Assembly: GCA_002731695.1 (NCBI GenBank)
Contig: PCCK01000107.1
Location: 7-64,006 of the forward strand
Length of the DNA: 64,000 nt
Source of the DNA: Porticoccaceae bacterium
GTDB lineage: Bacteria > Pseudomonadota > Gammaproteobacteria > Pseudomonadales > Porticoccaceae
Direction of reading: 5' to 3'
Shown here: in pieces, positions 10,638 through 20,586 of the stretch
How positions within the stretch are numbered: position 1 is the first letter of the stretch
Layout: every line of letters starts with the position of its first letter
Program-made: the position numbers and the translations under genes
The notes under the pieces: model-generated
Seen by the model: the letters and a program-made list of their open reading frames with translations, nothing else
The model's database searches: none
What the model was told of the DNA's origin: nothing

Positions 10638-11978
10638 TTGACCGCACAGCCGGATAAGGCGAAGCATGAGCTCAATCGAGAAAAACGTGCGGCGCCTGGG
10701 AAATCTCAAGGACAGGCTCGAGCTGAGTCAGCTTGGTCATTAGATCAGTTTGTCGTTGAACCAAGTGCGAATAAAGTTCGCTTTCATGATTTTTCGCTTC
10801 CATTAGATTTGATGCGGGGCTTGGCGGCATTGCAGTTCCAGTATTGTACACCAATCCAATCAGAATCTTTGCCATATTCCCTTAACGGCCACGATATCGT
10901 TGGTCGAGCACAAACTGGAACTGGCAAGACGGCAGCTTTTTTAATTAGTATCGTGAATGATTTAATTAATTACGCGGTTGAAGGGCAGCGTTATATTGGA
11001 GATGTACGTGCTTTGGTTTTGGCTCCGACTCGGGAGCTTGCGTTACAGATAGCCGAAGATGCGTTAAAACTTACACGATTCACCGACATCAAAGTTCATG
11101 CTCTTGTTGGCGGACTGGATTATGCTAAGCAACTCAAACAAATAGAATCAGAACACTGTGATATTCTTGTGGGCACACCGGGACGTTTATTAGATTTCGC
11201 AAATAACCAAGACATACATTTGGATCAGATAGAGATTCTTGTGATTGACGAAGCTGATAGAATGCTTGATATGGGTTTCATTCCTCAGGTAAGGAGAATA
11301 GTGCGGTTGACTCCGCGCAAAGAGGATCGGCAAACACTATTATTTTCCGCAACTTTTTCCGACGATGTTATTCGATTGGCTGGACAATGGACTGAACAAC
11401 CGGTATTACTTGAACTAGGCGCTGAGAAAGTGACTACTGATACAGTGCTTCAAAAAGTATATATTACAACTGCTGTTGAAAAATTTGCTCTGCTCAAACA
11501 GATTTTAAGTCAAAAGAAAGTGGAGAGTGTGATGATTTTTGCGAATAGAAGGGATATTTGTAGAGATCTCCATCATAAATTACGCAAGAAAGGTTTCAAA
11601 GTGGGTATTCTGTCCGGTGATGTGCCGCAGGCTCGGCGGCTGAAGACACTAGATTCTTTCAAAAGTGGGTCGATCAGGATATTGGTAGCTACAGATGTTG
11701 CTGGACGCGGCATACATGTAGATGATGTTAGTCACGTCATTAACTATACTTTACCTGAAGAACCACAGGACTATATCCATCGCATCGGTCGCACTGGAAG
11801 AGCAGGACACTCAGGTGTTTCTATAAGTTTTGCGTGTGAGGATGACGCATTTTTGCTCGAACCAATTGAAAAACTTTTAGGGCAAAAACTTTCTTGCATC
11901 ATGCCAGATACAAAAAACGGTTCCGATTCCCTTTTTGAACGGACAGCTGGAAAGACTGGTGACTTGCTTTCCGTGTAA
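10638..11978 (+). CDS. rhlB: DEAD-box RNA helicase, Pseudomonas-type RhlB
   Basis: AQTGTGKT, PTRELA, DEAD, SAT, HRIGRTGR, SISFACEDD. Confidence 0.88.
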   Translation: MTAQPDKAKHELNREKRAAPGKSQGQARAESAWSLDQFVVEPSANKVRFHDFSLPLDLMRGLAALQFQYCTPIQSESLPYSLNGHDIVGRAQTGTGKTAAFLISIVNDLINYAVEGQRYIGDVRALVLAPTRELALQIAEDALKLTRFTDIKVHALVGGLDYAKQLKQIESEHCDILVGTPGRLLDFANNQDIHLDQIEILVIDEADRMLDMGFIPQVRRIVRLTPRKEDRQTLLFSATFSDDVIRLAGQWTEQPVLLELGAEKVTTDTVLQKVYITTAVEKFALLKQILSQKKVESVMIFANRRDICRDLHHKLRKKGFKVGILSGDVPQARRLKTLDSFKSGSIRILVATDVAGRGIHVDDVSHVINYTLPEEPQDYIHRIGRTGRAGHSGVSISFACEDDAFLLEPIEKLLGQKLSCIMPDTKNGSDSLFERTAGKTGDLLSV

Positions 11979-12222
11979 TTAAAGGTAGCGCCGTGTATAA
12001 AGGCGAAACCTGTAATTCAGTTGGCTTCGGTCAAGATGTCCCTAAAAAAGCTAATCAGTGTGTAAATCGAATTCTTTGGTGGTGTAAACACGTATTCCGG
12101 CAAAATAATCAGAGTCTCAGCTTTAAACCGATTGCAATAAGATCACACTATCGGTGCATCGAAGCACAGTGGTGATGATGGTGCTATCGTTTTTTGTAGC
12201 GATCGTCTCTGGTTAATTATTT

Positions 12223-12699
12223 TTAGTTTGAAGTCCGCAAAAGCCGCTGTCTTTGAATTCCCCAATCTCGCTTTTTATCATCGATCCGCTTGTCATATAG
12301 TGCTTTACCTTTGGCTAATGCTATTTCACACTTTACAAGGTGGTGCTTCCAATAAATGGCAATACAGATACATGTGAAACCTTTCTGGTTAATTTGAGCT
12401 TGCAGATCATACAATTCTTTGCGACTAAGCAACAATTTTCTCTGACGGGCGGGTTCAATCATATAAGTTGTTGAAGTTGTTGATAACGGCGTAATTAATG
12501 TTCCGATCAACCATGCTTGGTAATTTTTGACATGAATATAACTTTCTGAAAGGGAGATTCTACCTGCTCGGAGACTCTTCACTTCCCAACCGAGCAAGGC
12601 GATCCCTGCTTCATATTTTTTTCCAATAAAATATTCGTGTCTACTCTTCTTATTAAGGGCTATGGTTTTAGACAGTCTTTTTACTTTTTGTTTCGACAT
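12223..12699 (-). CDS. smpB: SsrA-binding protein
   Basis: EAGIALLGWEVKSLR, RKLLL, AKGKALYDKR. Confidence 0.97.
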   Translation of the reverse strand: MSKQKVKRLSKTIALNKKSRHEYFIGKKYEAGIALLGWEVKSLRAGRISLSESYIHVKNYQAWLIGTLITPLSTTSTTYMIEPARQRKLLLSRKELYDLQAQINQKGFTCICIAIYWKHHLVKCEIALAKGKALYDKRIDDKKRDWGIQRQRLLRTSN

Positions 12700-12870
12700 T
12701 GCGTAATTATACTCTGAGGGATACCATTGTCATTGTTTTTACCTTTGTATCTTTCAGTCTGGGTATGGGAATATAAATCTCATGTTATGTCGATATGGTC
12801 AGTATTTTTTACTGAGATATTCGAATATTTTGTAAGCAAATCATTAACACAGTTTTGCTCAGGAAAAGAA

Positions 12871-14247
12871 ATGGATGTTCAACCAAAGAGTATGCATGGA
12901 ATTTGGAGTGGTCGTTGGACTTTTATACTTGCTGCTACTGGCTCAGCTGTTGGTCTTGGAAATCTTTGGAAATTTCCTTACGTTGCGGGAACGTTTGGCG
13001 GGGGAGCTTTTGTACTAATTTACTTGGTTTGTATTTTACTTATTGGAGTGCCGGTCATGATGGCTGAAGTTCTTCTGGGTAGAGCAGCGCGTAAAAGTCC
13101 CATTAACGCAATGGACCATGCCGTTGTTGCAAGTGAAAGTCGCTCTGCTTGGCGGTACATTGGGTGGGTCGGTATTTTTTCTGCTCTTTTGATTTTGTCC
13201 TTCTATGCTGTGATTGCTGGTTGGGCGATGGATTACTTGATACTAACTGTGAAGGGCGCTCTCTTTGAAGTTAGTGGTGATGAGGCGGTGCTTTTATTTT
13301 CCAATTTGGTAAGTGATCCACTTCGCTTAATTTTGTGGCAGAGTACTTTCCTTGCGTTATGTTTTTTTGTCGTGGCCGCCGGTGTCCAAAAGGGATTGGG
13401 AAGAGCAATCACTATTTTAATGCCCATTTTGTTTATTCTGTTGATCGTGATGATGTTACTTGCTGTTTTGAAGGGGGACTTTTTTTCGGCATGGAAATTT
13501 TTATTTGCATTTGATTTTGCCTCGATTACCTGGAGGGCAGTTCTTGAGGCAATGGGTCTTGCTTTTTTTACTTTGAGCATCGGTATGGGTGCGATAATGG
13601 CATATGGAGCCTATATGCCGGCCGAAGCGAGTATCGGTAGAACGGTTCTAGTAGTGGCTATTTTAGATAGTGCAGTTGCCATTATTGCAGGCTTAATGAT
13701 TTTCTCAATTGTTTTTGCTACTCCAGGAATCGAACCAAGTGCGGGCCCTGGATTAATGTTTATTAGTTTACCAGTCGCCTTTGGTAATATGGCTGGTGGG
13801 CAAATTTTGGGTATTTTGTTCTTTTTTCTGGTGGTTATTGCAGCTTGGAGTTCAGCAATTTCTTTACTGGAACCCGCGGTGGCTTGGTTAATAGAAGAAA
13901 AAACAATCTCTCGCCAAAGAGCATGTGTGATTTTATCCTCGCTAGTTTGGACATTGGGAATTGGGACGGTTTTGTCCTTTAATATTGCCAAAGATATAAA
14001 AGTTGCCGGACTCACGTTTTTCGATGCACTAGACTTTTTGACTGCAAATATTATGTTGCCGCTCAGCGGCTTTGCGATTGCCATTTTTGTCGGTTTCATA
14101 ATGCGGGATGACCTCGTAAGGGTGCAAATGTCTGATTTAAAAATTAAATATCTTGCCTACTGGTTATGGCTGTTGCGTTATCTTGCTCCAATTGCTGTGC
14201 TAATAATTTTTGCCATGGGTATTTATGATAAATTTTCTTCGGTGTAA
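12871..14247 (+). CDS. Sodium-dependent transporter (neurotransmitter:sodium symporter family)
   Basis: GSAVGLGNLWKFPY, GGGAF, multiple TM helices; start at ATG 12871 after AGGA. Confidence 0.93.
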   Translation: MDVQPKSMHGIWSGRWTFILAATGSAVGLGNLWKFPYVAGTFGGGAFVLIYLVCILLIGVPVMMAEVLLGRAARKSPINAMDHAVVASESRSAWRYIGWVGIFSALLILSFYAVIAGWAMDYLILTVKGALFEVSGDEAVLLFSNLVSDPLRLILWQSTFLALCFFVVAAGVQKGLGRAITILMPILFILLIVMMLLAVLKGDFFSAWKFLFAFDFASITWRAVLEAMGLAFFTLSIGMGAIMAYGAYMPAEASIGRTVLVVAILDSAVAIIAGLMIFSIVFATPGIEPSAGPGLMFISLPVAFGNMAGGQILGILFFFLVVIAAWSSAISLLEPAVAWLIEEKTISRQRACVILSSLVWTLGIGTVLSFNIAKDIKVAGLTFFDALDFLTANIMLPLSGFAIAIFVGFIMRDDLVRVQMSDLKIKYLAYWLWLLRYLAPIAVLIIFAMGIYDKFSSV

Positions 14248-14249
14248 AT

Positions 14250-14684
14250 GTGACACGAATTAAGCGCTCTTTAGTAGTAAAACATTCAGCTAAGAAAATG
14301 TACGATTTAGTCAATGATGTGGAACGATATCCCGAATTCGTCACGTATTGTTCTTCGGCGGAAGTCATAAAAAGTAATAGTCAAGAAATGTTGGCTCGGT
14401 TGGATTTAAAAAAAGCGGGAGTAAATTTTAATGTGTTGACGAGAAACAAGCTTAATCCTCCTCTTGGAATTGATATGGTTTTGGAAGAGGGCCCATTTAA
14501 TGTCTTGGATGGACGTTGGACGTTTAGTGAGGTAAATGAGTCGGCTTCTAAGGTATCCTTCGAGCTGGACTATGAGTTTAAAAGCTTTGCATTACATGCG
14601 CTGGCTTCAAAATTGCTGACAAATATCATAATTGATCTGGTTGATATGATCTGTCGACGAGCTGATTTTTTATATTTGAAGTGA
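14250..14684 (+). CDS. ratA: RatA/PasT (Coq10-like START domain)
   Basis: MYDLVNDVERYPEF, GPF..L.G.W.F; position between smpB and bamE. Confidence 0.9.
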   Translation: MTRIKRSLVVKHSAKKMYDLVNDVERYPEFVTYCSSAEVIKSNSQEMLARLDLKKAGVNFNVLTRNKLNPPLGIDMVLEEGPFNVLDGRWTFSEVNESASKVSFELDYEFKSFALHALASKLLTNIIIDLVDMICRRADFLYLK

Positions 14685-14930
14685 ATAGACTTTACTAATC
14701 GTCATGCAAATTTACTTGGATATTGGATAGATTATGTTGAAATCATAATCTTCGTTGTGATGAGTGTTGGGAAGGAGACCACTGGATTATAAGTAAGCTG
14801 ACAGCCTTTATTGTTTAGCTGTTTTTTTGAGGCGTAAGACGCAACGATAAGCGGTTGTCAATGTATTTGGTCAGAGATATTTTAGTATTTGCCAGTTGGG
14901 ACTCCGTGCCACTCACTTTTTCATCGGGTA

Positions 14931-15293
14931 TTAAGGACTAGTGGTGAGCTTGGCATCACTGGGATGGTAATCTCCTCGGAGCAAACTTAGCTTGCCTTGT
15001 GTGTTAAAATATACCTCTAAACGTTTTTCTTTTATTTGAAACCGAGGATCCATAAGATTATATAGGTATACCCAATGATTTTGGTTAAAGCTATCTTTGA
15101 TTAGCGGTGTCCCTAAGATGAACTTCACTTGCTCTTTTGTCATCCCAGGTTCTAGTTGGTTTATCATTTCTTGCGTTACAAGATTTCCTTGTTGAATCGA
15201 AACTTTGTGAACGCTAGGAAATTGTGATGTACTGCACGAAAAGAGGACAAAAGCTAAGCACATAGGTACTATAATAGCAGTGATGGATTTCAT
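14931..15293 (-). CDS. bamE: Outer-membrane assembly factor BamE
   Basis: Lipobox LFSC, IQQGN, GMTKEQVKFILGTP; divergent from fur. Confidence 0.95.
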   Translation of the reverse strand: MKSITAIIVPMCLAFVLFSCSTSQFPSVHKVSIQQGNLVTQEMINQLEPGMTKEQVKFILGTPLIKDSFNQNHWVYLYNLMDPRFQIKEKRLEVYFNTQGKLSLLRGDYHPSDAKLTTSP

Positions 15294-15360
15294 TTCGGAT
15301 TATTAGACACTTTCATGCCGAAGACTATAAATTAATTTAACACTTGTTTGAAGCTTAAAA

Positions 15361-15774
15361 ATGAATACTAGTGATAAAGAGTTGAAGAAAGCGGGACTTA
15401 AAGTGACTTTGCCTCGAGTAAAGATACTTCAAATACTAGAGCAATCAGAGCTTCATATGACTGCGGAGGATATATATCTTAGGCTCATTGATGCTGAGGA
15501 GGACGTTGGAATCGCCACTGTATATAGAGTTTTAGCGCAATTTGAGAGTGCTCGTTTGGTGAATAGACATAATTTTGACAATGGTCCCGCCGTTTACGAG
15601 TTGGATAGAGGCGACCACCATGATCATATGGTGTGCGCGGAAACGGGAAGAGTGATAGAGTTCCACGATCCTGAGTTAGAAGAAATACAGAAAAAAATCG
15701 TTAAAAAGCATGGTTACGAATTAGTAGACCACAATTTAGTCTTATATGTTAGAAAAGAGAAGCAAGCTGAGTAA
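15361..15774 (+). CDS. fur: Ferric uptake regulator
   Basis: LKKAGLKVTLPR, GIATVYRVL, HHDHMVC. Confidence 0.98.
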   Translation: MNTSDKELKKAGLKVTLPRVKILQILEQSELHMTAEDIYLRLIDAEEDVGIATVYRVLAQFESARLVNRHNFDNGPAVYELDRGDHHDHMVCAETGRVIEFHDPELEEIQKKIVKKHGYELVDHNLVLYVRKEKQAE

Positions 15775-15908
15775 TCTTTATCGAAGGGTTGCCTACAAGC
15801 ATGTTGTCGTCGATTTCTTTGTTGATAAAAAAAGTTCAGCTTACAATTATCATTCTGAATGGGCTTGGGTGAATTGCGGGAGGGGTAGCTTTATTTTTTT
15901 TGACCATG

Positions 15909-16694
15909 TCAAGGTACATAGTGTTCTGAAGTTGGAAATGTCGAGTCGCGAACAGCCGATGCGTAACTTTGAATTGCGGATAAAATAGAGTTATTGTCAA
16001 GCAAAAAATTTCTAGAAAACTTCGGTATTTGAGCTGAAATTCCGAGGATGTCATAGAGAACAAGTATTTGTGCATCAGTCGAGGGTCCGGCTCCGATGCC
16101 GATCACAGGTATTTTAAGATTTTTTGTGATTAACGCACTCAGGCTTGAGGGAATACATTCTACGACCAACAACTGTGCCCCTGCTTGCTCTAACATTTTG
16201 GCGTCTTTAACAATTTTGTCGGCAGCTTTTGAATTAGCTCCTTGTATCGCATATCCTCCAAGTTGATGGACTGATTGCGGCATTAATCCTAAGTGACCGC
16301 ACACTGGAATACCGCGTTCAGACAATTGATAGATAGTTTCGGATAACCACTGGCCGCCCTCAAGCTTCACCATTTTTGCCCCGCTTTGCATTAATATAGC
16401 AGCATTTTTCAGAGCGTTATGGGTAGTTTTATAGGACATGAATGGCATATCCGCTATGAGGAAAACTTCTTTCGCTCCTCGGGCTACGGACCCAGTGTGG
16501 TAGACCATATCATCAATAGATACTGGAATTGTTGTGTCGTGTCCCTGACATACATTGCCCAATGAATCGCCAATTAAGATGATTTCAATACCTGCTCTTT
16601 CTATGATTTTAGCGAAACTATAATCATAAGCTGTGAGCGCGGTGAATTTTTCTCCCCGAATTTTCATTCTTTTTAAGTCAGTGATTGAAATCAT
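15909..16694 (-). CDS. panB: 3-methyl-2-oxobutanoate hydroxymethyltransferase
   Basis: LTAYD, GDSLG, DMPFMSY, VKLEGG, GIGAG. Confidence 0.97.
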   Translation of the reverse strand: MISITDLKRMKIRGEKFTALTAYDYSFAKIIERAGIEIILIGDSLGNVCQGHDTTIPVSIDDMVYHTGSVARGAKEVFLIADMPFMSYKTTHNALKNAAILMQSGAKMVKLEGGQWLSETIYQLSERGIPVCGHLGLMPQSVHQLGGYAIQGANSKAADKIVKDAKMLEQAGAQLLVVECIPSSLSALITKNLKIPVIGIGAGPSTDAQILVLYDILGISAQIPKFSRNFLLDNNSILSAIQSYASAVRDSTFPTSEHYVP

Positions 16695-16784
16695 CTGAAG
16701 AAACCTAGCGACAAGTAGTATTGTTTTAAGGTACTAAGTTTATCTGAAAATCACAAGGCTAATATAAATCCTCCAATCAAAATG

Positions 16785-17471
16785 TTAATTGAGTGGCATC
16801 GGGTTATAGTAATGGCGACCTTTTTTTATTTTACTAATTAGTTGAGCAAGACTAAAAAAGTCTGATTTATTTTCCGCGAAATCTACCCGATCGGTATTTA
16901 CTATTAGCAGCGGTGTTTCAGCATAATGATAAAAATATTGAGTGTAAGCATCATTGATTTCTTCTAAATATTCAAATTCCACTTCTTTTTCAATAACTCT
17001 CCCTCGCTTTTTTACTCGATTAAACAGTGTTTTTGTGGATGCTTGCAAATAAACTACCAAATCGGGTTTTGGTAAATCTCTGATAACATTTGAGAAAACT
17101 TGTTGATAGAGGTGATACTCGTGATTGTTCAAATTCACTCCAGCAAATAACGGATCTTTCTGGATAAAAAAATCGCTTATAAATATTTTTTTAAAAATGT
17201 CCACTTGACGCATTTCTTGAAGCTGTTGGAGACGTTGAAAAAGGAAGTAGAGTTGCGTTGGTAGAGCAGAGCTTACTCTATCTTTGTAGAAGTCCTCGAG
17301 AAACGGATTTACACTAGAGTCTTCTAATAAGGTTTCGGTGCCAAATTCGCGAGCCAGCTGCAGAGTTAATGTGGTTTTGCCGATCCCTATAGGACCCTCG
17401 ATCACGATATAGTTTGGGAGAGAAACTTTACTCGAGTTAATTTGTTCTGATTGTCCGATCTTGGATTTCAA
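16785..17471 (-). CDS. Deoxynucleoside kinase family protein
   Basis: IEGPIGIGKTT, NPFLEDFY, PDLVVYL. Confidence 0.9.
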   Translation of the reverse strand: MKSKIGQSEQINSSKVSLPNYIVIEGPIGIGKTTLTLQLAREFGTETLLEDSSVNPFLEDFYKDRVSSALPTQLYFLFQRLQQLQEMRQVDIFKKIFISDFFIQKDPLFAGVNLNNHEYHLYQQVFSNVIRDLPKPDLVVYLQASTKTLFNRVKKRGRVIEKEVEFEYLEEINDAYTQYFYHYAETPLLIVNTDRVDFAENKSDFFSLAQLISKIKKGRHYYNPMPLN

Positions 17472-17980
17472 AAAGATCTCCGAGTCTTTAACTCATAACG
17501 ACGAATGTATTTTACTTTACTCTGGTCTTTACATTTCTCCAAGAGCGAGGCGATAGATTCATTATTGATAATATAATTTTTCGTTAATAGATCACTAAGT
17601 GGTTTAAGCACAAAAGCCCTTTGATGCATTCTTGGATGGGGAAGTAATAACTCTCCGCGTGTGATGACTAATTCGTCATACATCAAAATGTCTAAGTCAA
17701 GTGTCCTTGCTGCCCATTTCTTTCCCCGTTGTCTCCCCTGATGTTTCTCCACTTTTTGTAATGCTTCAAGGAGTTTTTGTGCAGTAAGAGGTGTAGTTAT
17801 TTTCGCGACTGCATTACAGTAGTTGGGTTGAAAGCCCGGGCCGACGGCTAGACTTTCATAAAATGCGGATACCTTTTCAAGTTTTATTGCGTCATGGGTG
17901 TCAATCGAACATAACGCTTTTTCGACTTGTGATTCGGGATTACAGAGATTACTACCAAGAGCAATAAAAGCTGTTGACAT
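17468..17980 (-). CDS. folK: 2-amino-4-hydroxy-6-hydroxymethyldihydropteridine diphosphokinase
   Basis: IALGSNL, RTLDLDIL, LPHPRMHQRAFVL. Confidence 0.96.
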   Translation of the reverse strand: MSTAFIALGSNLCNPESQVEKALCSIDTHDAIKLEKVSAFYESLAVGPGFQPNYCNAVAKITTPLTAQKLLEALQKVEKHQGRQRGKKWAARTLDLDILMYDELVITRGELLLPHPRMHQRAFVLKPLSDLLTKNYIINNESIASLLEKCKDQSKVKYIRRYELKTRRSF

Positions 17981-19315
17981 TAAAAGTCACCCTCTATTTT
18001 TGGTAAAAAGTACTTCTGTCGCTTCGATTTTTTGTAAGGTCTTACTTTTTGTGTCTTGAATTTGGTTGGACGATGTTGTTCCTGATATTTTGTCCACCAC
18101 ATTCCTGTTCCGTCTAAAGATTCACCAGAATACTCCCGTAAAATGAGTAAATCGTAAGCGGCTCTGAACCGTGGGTTACTCATAAGACGCGCTGCCCCTT
18201 CTTTTTTTTGCAGTAATAGCTGTAATTGCCAAATTTCTCTTATCGCACTAGTGTAGCGCTTAGGAATAGCGATAATTTGTATCTGTTTAGAGATGACCTC
18301 ATCAGCCGCACGCTTTTGTGCCATGTAGGCAGATTTGCCACTTTTTAGGTATTTTATTGATTCTTTTTGCACGGTGGGCCACATTAAGGCAGCGTAAGTA
18401 AATGACGGCGTTACGGATTTACCAGAACGAACTCTTTGATCTGTATTGGTTAGTATATTAGAAACCAGCCGTTTGGCACGATCTTTTGAGATTGTGAGTT
18501 GTGTTAAGCAGGGCATTAAATAGAACATAAAATTATATTTGTTTAAGAGCTTGTAGTTCGCAACGGCGTGGCCATTTAAAAAAAGCTTTAAGCATTCCTC
18601 GAACAGCCGAGGGGCAGATACTTGTTGCAAAGTTTTAGCCAGTCTATACATGGGCGCAGCAGTTTTTGCATCAATTTTAAAGTTTAACTTTGTGGAAAAT
18701 CTTATTACCCTGAGGAGTCTCACTGGATCCTCTTTAAATCGAATGGGTGGATCACCAATTATTCTTACAATATTTTTTTTTTATATCGCACAGACTACCG
18801 AGGAAATCATGAATACTGTTATCGGTGGGATTATAATAAAGCGCATTAATTGAGAGATCTCGACGGGTCGCGTCATCTTTAATACTCCCAAAAAGATTAT
18901 CTCTGGTAAGCATTCCAGTTTTAGTTTGGTGGCGCAATTTATTAGAACTATGATATTTTTGATTTGATCTGAAAGTGGTTACTTCAATGATTTCTCTATT
19001 TATTTGAACATGCACTATTTGAAATCGACGACCAATGATTCTAGCTCGATTGAACAATAATTGTATTTCTTTTGGATTTGCATTAGTAGCAACATCAAAA
19101 TCTTTCGCATTTAACCCTAAAAGAGCATCGCGGACGCATCCTCCTACAAAGAATGCATCGAAACCAGATTTTTGCAATTTAGTGACGATTTCGCATGCCT
19201 CTGGGCTCATATGCATCGGCGAGAGGGGATGATTACCGTCATAGATGATCATTCCTGAGGTATTTTTCTTCAAAAACTTACTATGTTTAGTTTTTTCTAT
19301 GGCGCTGTAGAGCAT
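17980..19315 (-). pseudogene. pcnB: Poly(A) polymerase I, frameshifted as assembled (may be a sequencing error)
   Basis: N-half (VGGCVRD, KDFDVAT, RRDLSINAL) and C-half (EDPVRLLR, RFRAAYD) lie in different frames, split at an A10 run (18773-18782). Confidence 0.9.
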
Positions 19316-19389
19316 GACAAGGTCTAATCTTTAGTATTTACGAGCGTAGGGGACGCTTGCAGGCATTGTTTTTTTCGTCAACCAATAGG

Positions 19390-19526
19390 TAATGAGGGGC
19401 CAAAAGTTGACCCCTCCCAAAGGCCATGAGCTTGTTTTCTAGCTCACGCCCACTTTCTAGTAACAAAAGTAATTATTATTATTTATTGTTATATTGCGCG
19501 TCCATTTTCATTTGAAAAATCTCCGC
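19390..19526 (-). ncRNA. Putative small RNA, CrcZ-like (A-rich Hfq decoy)
   Basis: AUAACAAUAAAUAAUAAUAA tract, then two hairpins whose G-U pairs work only on the minus strand; immediately upstream of pcnB. Confidence 0.5.
19394..19416 (-). terminator. GC-rich hairpin (terminator or stabiliser)
   Basis: GAGGGGTCAA-CTT-TTGGCCCCTC, 10-bp stem; weak U tail. Confidence 0.55.
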
Positions 19527-19644
19527 ATTTAGACTGTAACAGAAAATCAAGTGATTACAATGATAATGTTACAAGTTCAATAGCATTTGAAATTTAATTT
19601 ATCTTTTCATCGCATTCAATTCACATTACATTCTTTCCAATATC

Positions 19645-20568
19645 TTATAAAGCTCCTTCAGAAAACATCTCAAGAGTTCGGGCCTTTAAAAGACATTGAT
19701 TTTGTTTAGGTGCTAGTGACATGTCCCACTTCTTGACTGCCCATGAAAGTATCTGATTCAAAGGAGCACCGAAAAGATAGCTTGGCGGTTTTTGATTTAG
19801 TATTTTTAGCGCATACCATATTGTTTTGTTAGCATTTTCATTATTTACGGCAGGTGCGTTTCCTTGTTTACTAAGTTTTTGGTTATCATTATTGACCATA
19901 AGAGGTAAATGAGCATACTGAACACTACGGTAACGTAAACATGTTTGCAGATATTTTTGTCTTGGCGTGGCGTGAAGAAGGTCATTACCTCGAACAATAT
20001 GGGTAATTTGTTGTAGCTCGTCGTCAACAACTGAAGCTAGCTGGTATGAGAAAAAACCGTCTCGCCTCTTCAAGATGAAATCTCCCACACAATTGTAGAT
20101 ATCTTGATTGAAATCACCTAAAACTCTATCCTTAAAAGAAATTCTTGCCTCGTCGCTCTTAGTAATAATCAAACGTGTGGAGACATCCCCTCTAAACTTT
20201 GTCTTTTTCCTACATTGACCATCATATACCCCACCTATTTTTTTGATTCGTTTGCGATTGCAGTCGCAGTCATATGCGAGGTTGTTTTTTTTTAAGTGCT
20301 CAATAATATCTTGGTAATGCGCCGTGCGATTACTTTGATACAGGATTTCTCCATCCCAATGTAAGCCATGCATATCAAGTTGTTTCAGTATTATTGACGC
20401 GTATCTCGGGTCTTCGCGTGGTGGGTCTAAATCCTCGACTCGTAGTAACCAGGAACCGTTATATTTTTTTGCGTCAAGATAGCTAGCTAGCGCACAAACT
20501 AAAGAACCGAAATGTAGCGGTCCTGAGGGGGATGGAGCAAAACGTCCTATATACTGGGGGAGTGACAT
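19645..20568 (-). CDS. gluQ: tRNA glutamyl-Q(34) synthetase
   Basis: GRFAPSPSGPLHFGS, RVEDLDPPR, KLSKQ; no anticodon-binding domain; follows dksA. Confidence 0.95.
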   Translation of the reverse strand: MSLPQYIGRFAPSPSGPLHFGSLVCALASYLDAKKYNGSWLLRVEDLDPPREDPRYASIILKQLDMHGLHWDGEILYQSNRTAHYQDIIEHLKKNNLAYDCDCNRKRIKKIGGVYDGQCRKKTKFRGDVSTRLIITKSDEARISFKDRVLGDFNQDIYNCVGDFILKRRDGFFSYQLASVVDDELQQITHIVRGNDLLHATPRQKYLQTCLRYRSVQYAHLPLMVNNDNQKLSKQGNAPAVNNENANKTIWYALKILNQKPPSYLFGAPLNQILSWAVKKWDMSLAPKQNQCLLKARTLEMFSEGAL

Positions 20569-20586
20569 TCGGCTGAGTCTGACGGG

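Noticed and set aside
11979-12222. Possible tmRNA (ssrA) downstream of smpB, or a small ORF at 11993-12175
   Set aside because: No GGGGC 5' end, T-arm/CCA 3' end or tag-peptide frame; the ORF has no recognisable features.
15775-15908. Possible panC remnant after panB
   Set aside because: Only GGCAAC loosely recalls MGNLH; indistinguishable from chance. More likely a rearrangement junction.
19556-19574. Fur box near the putative sRNA promoter
   Set aside because: Only about 11 of 19 matches, in AT-rich DNA.
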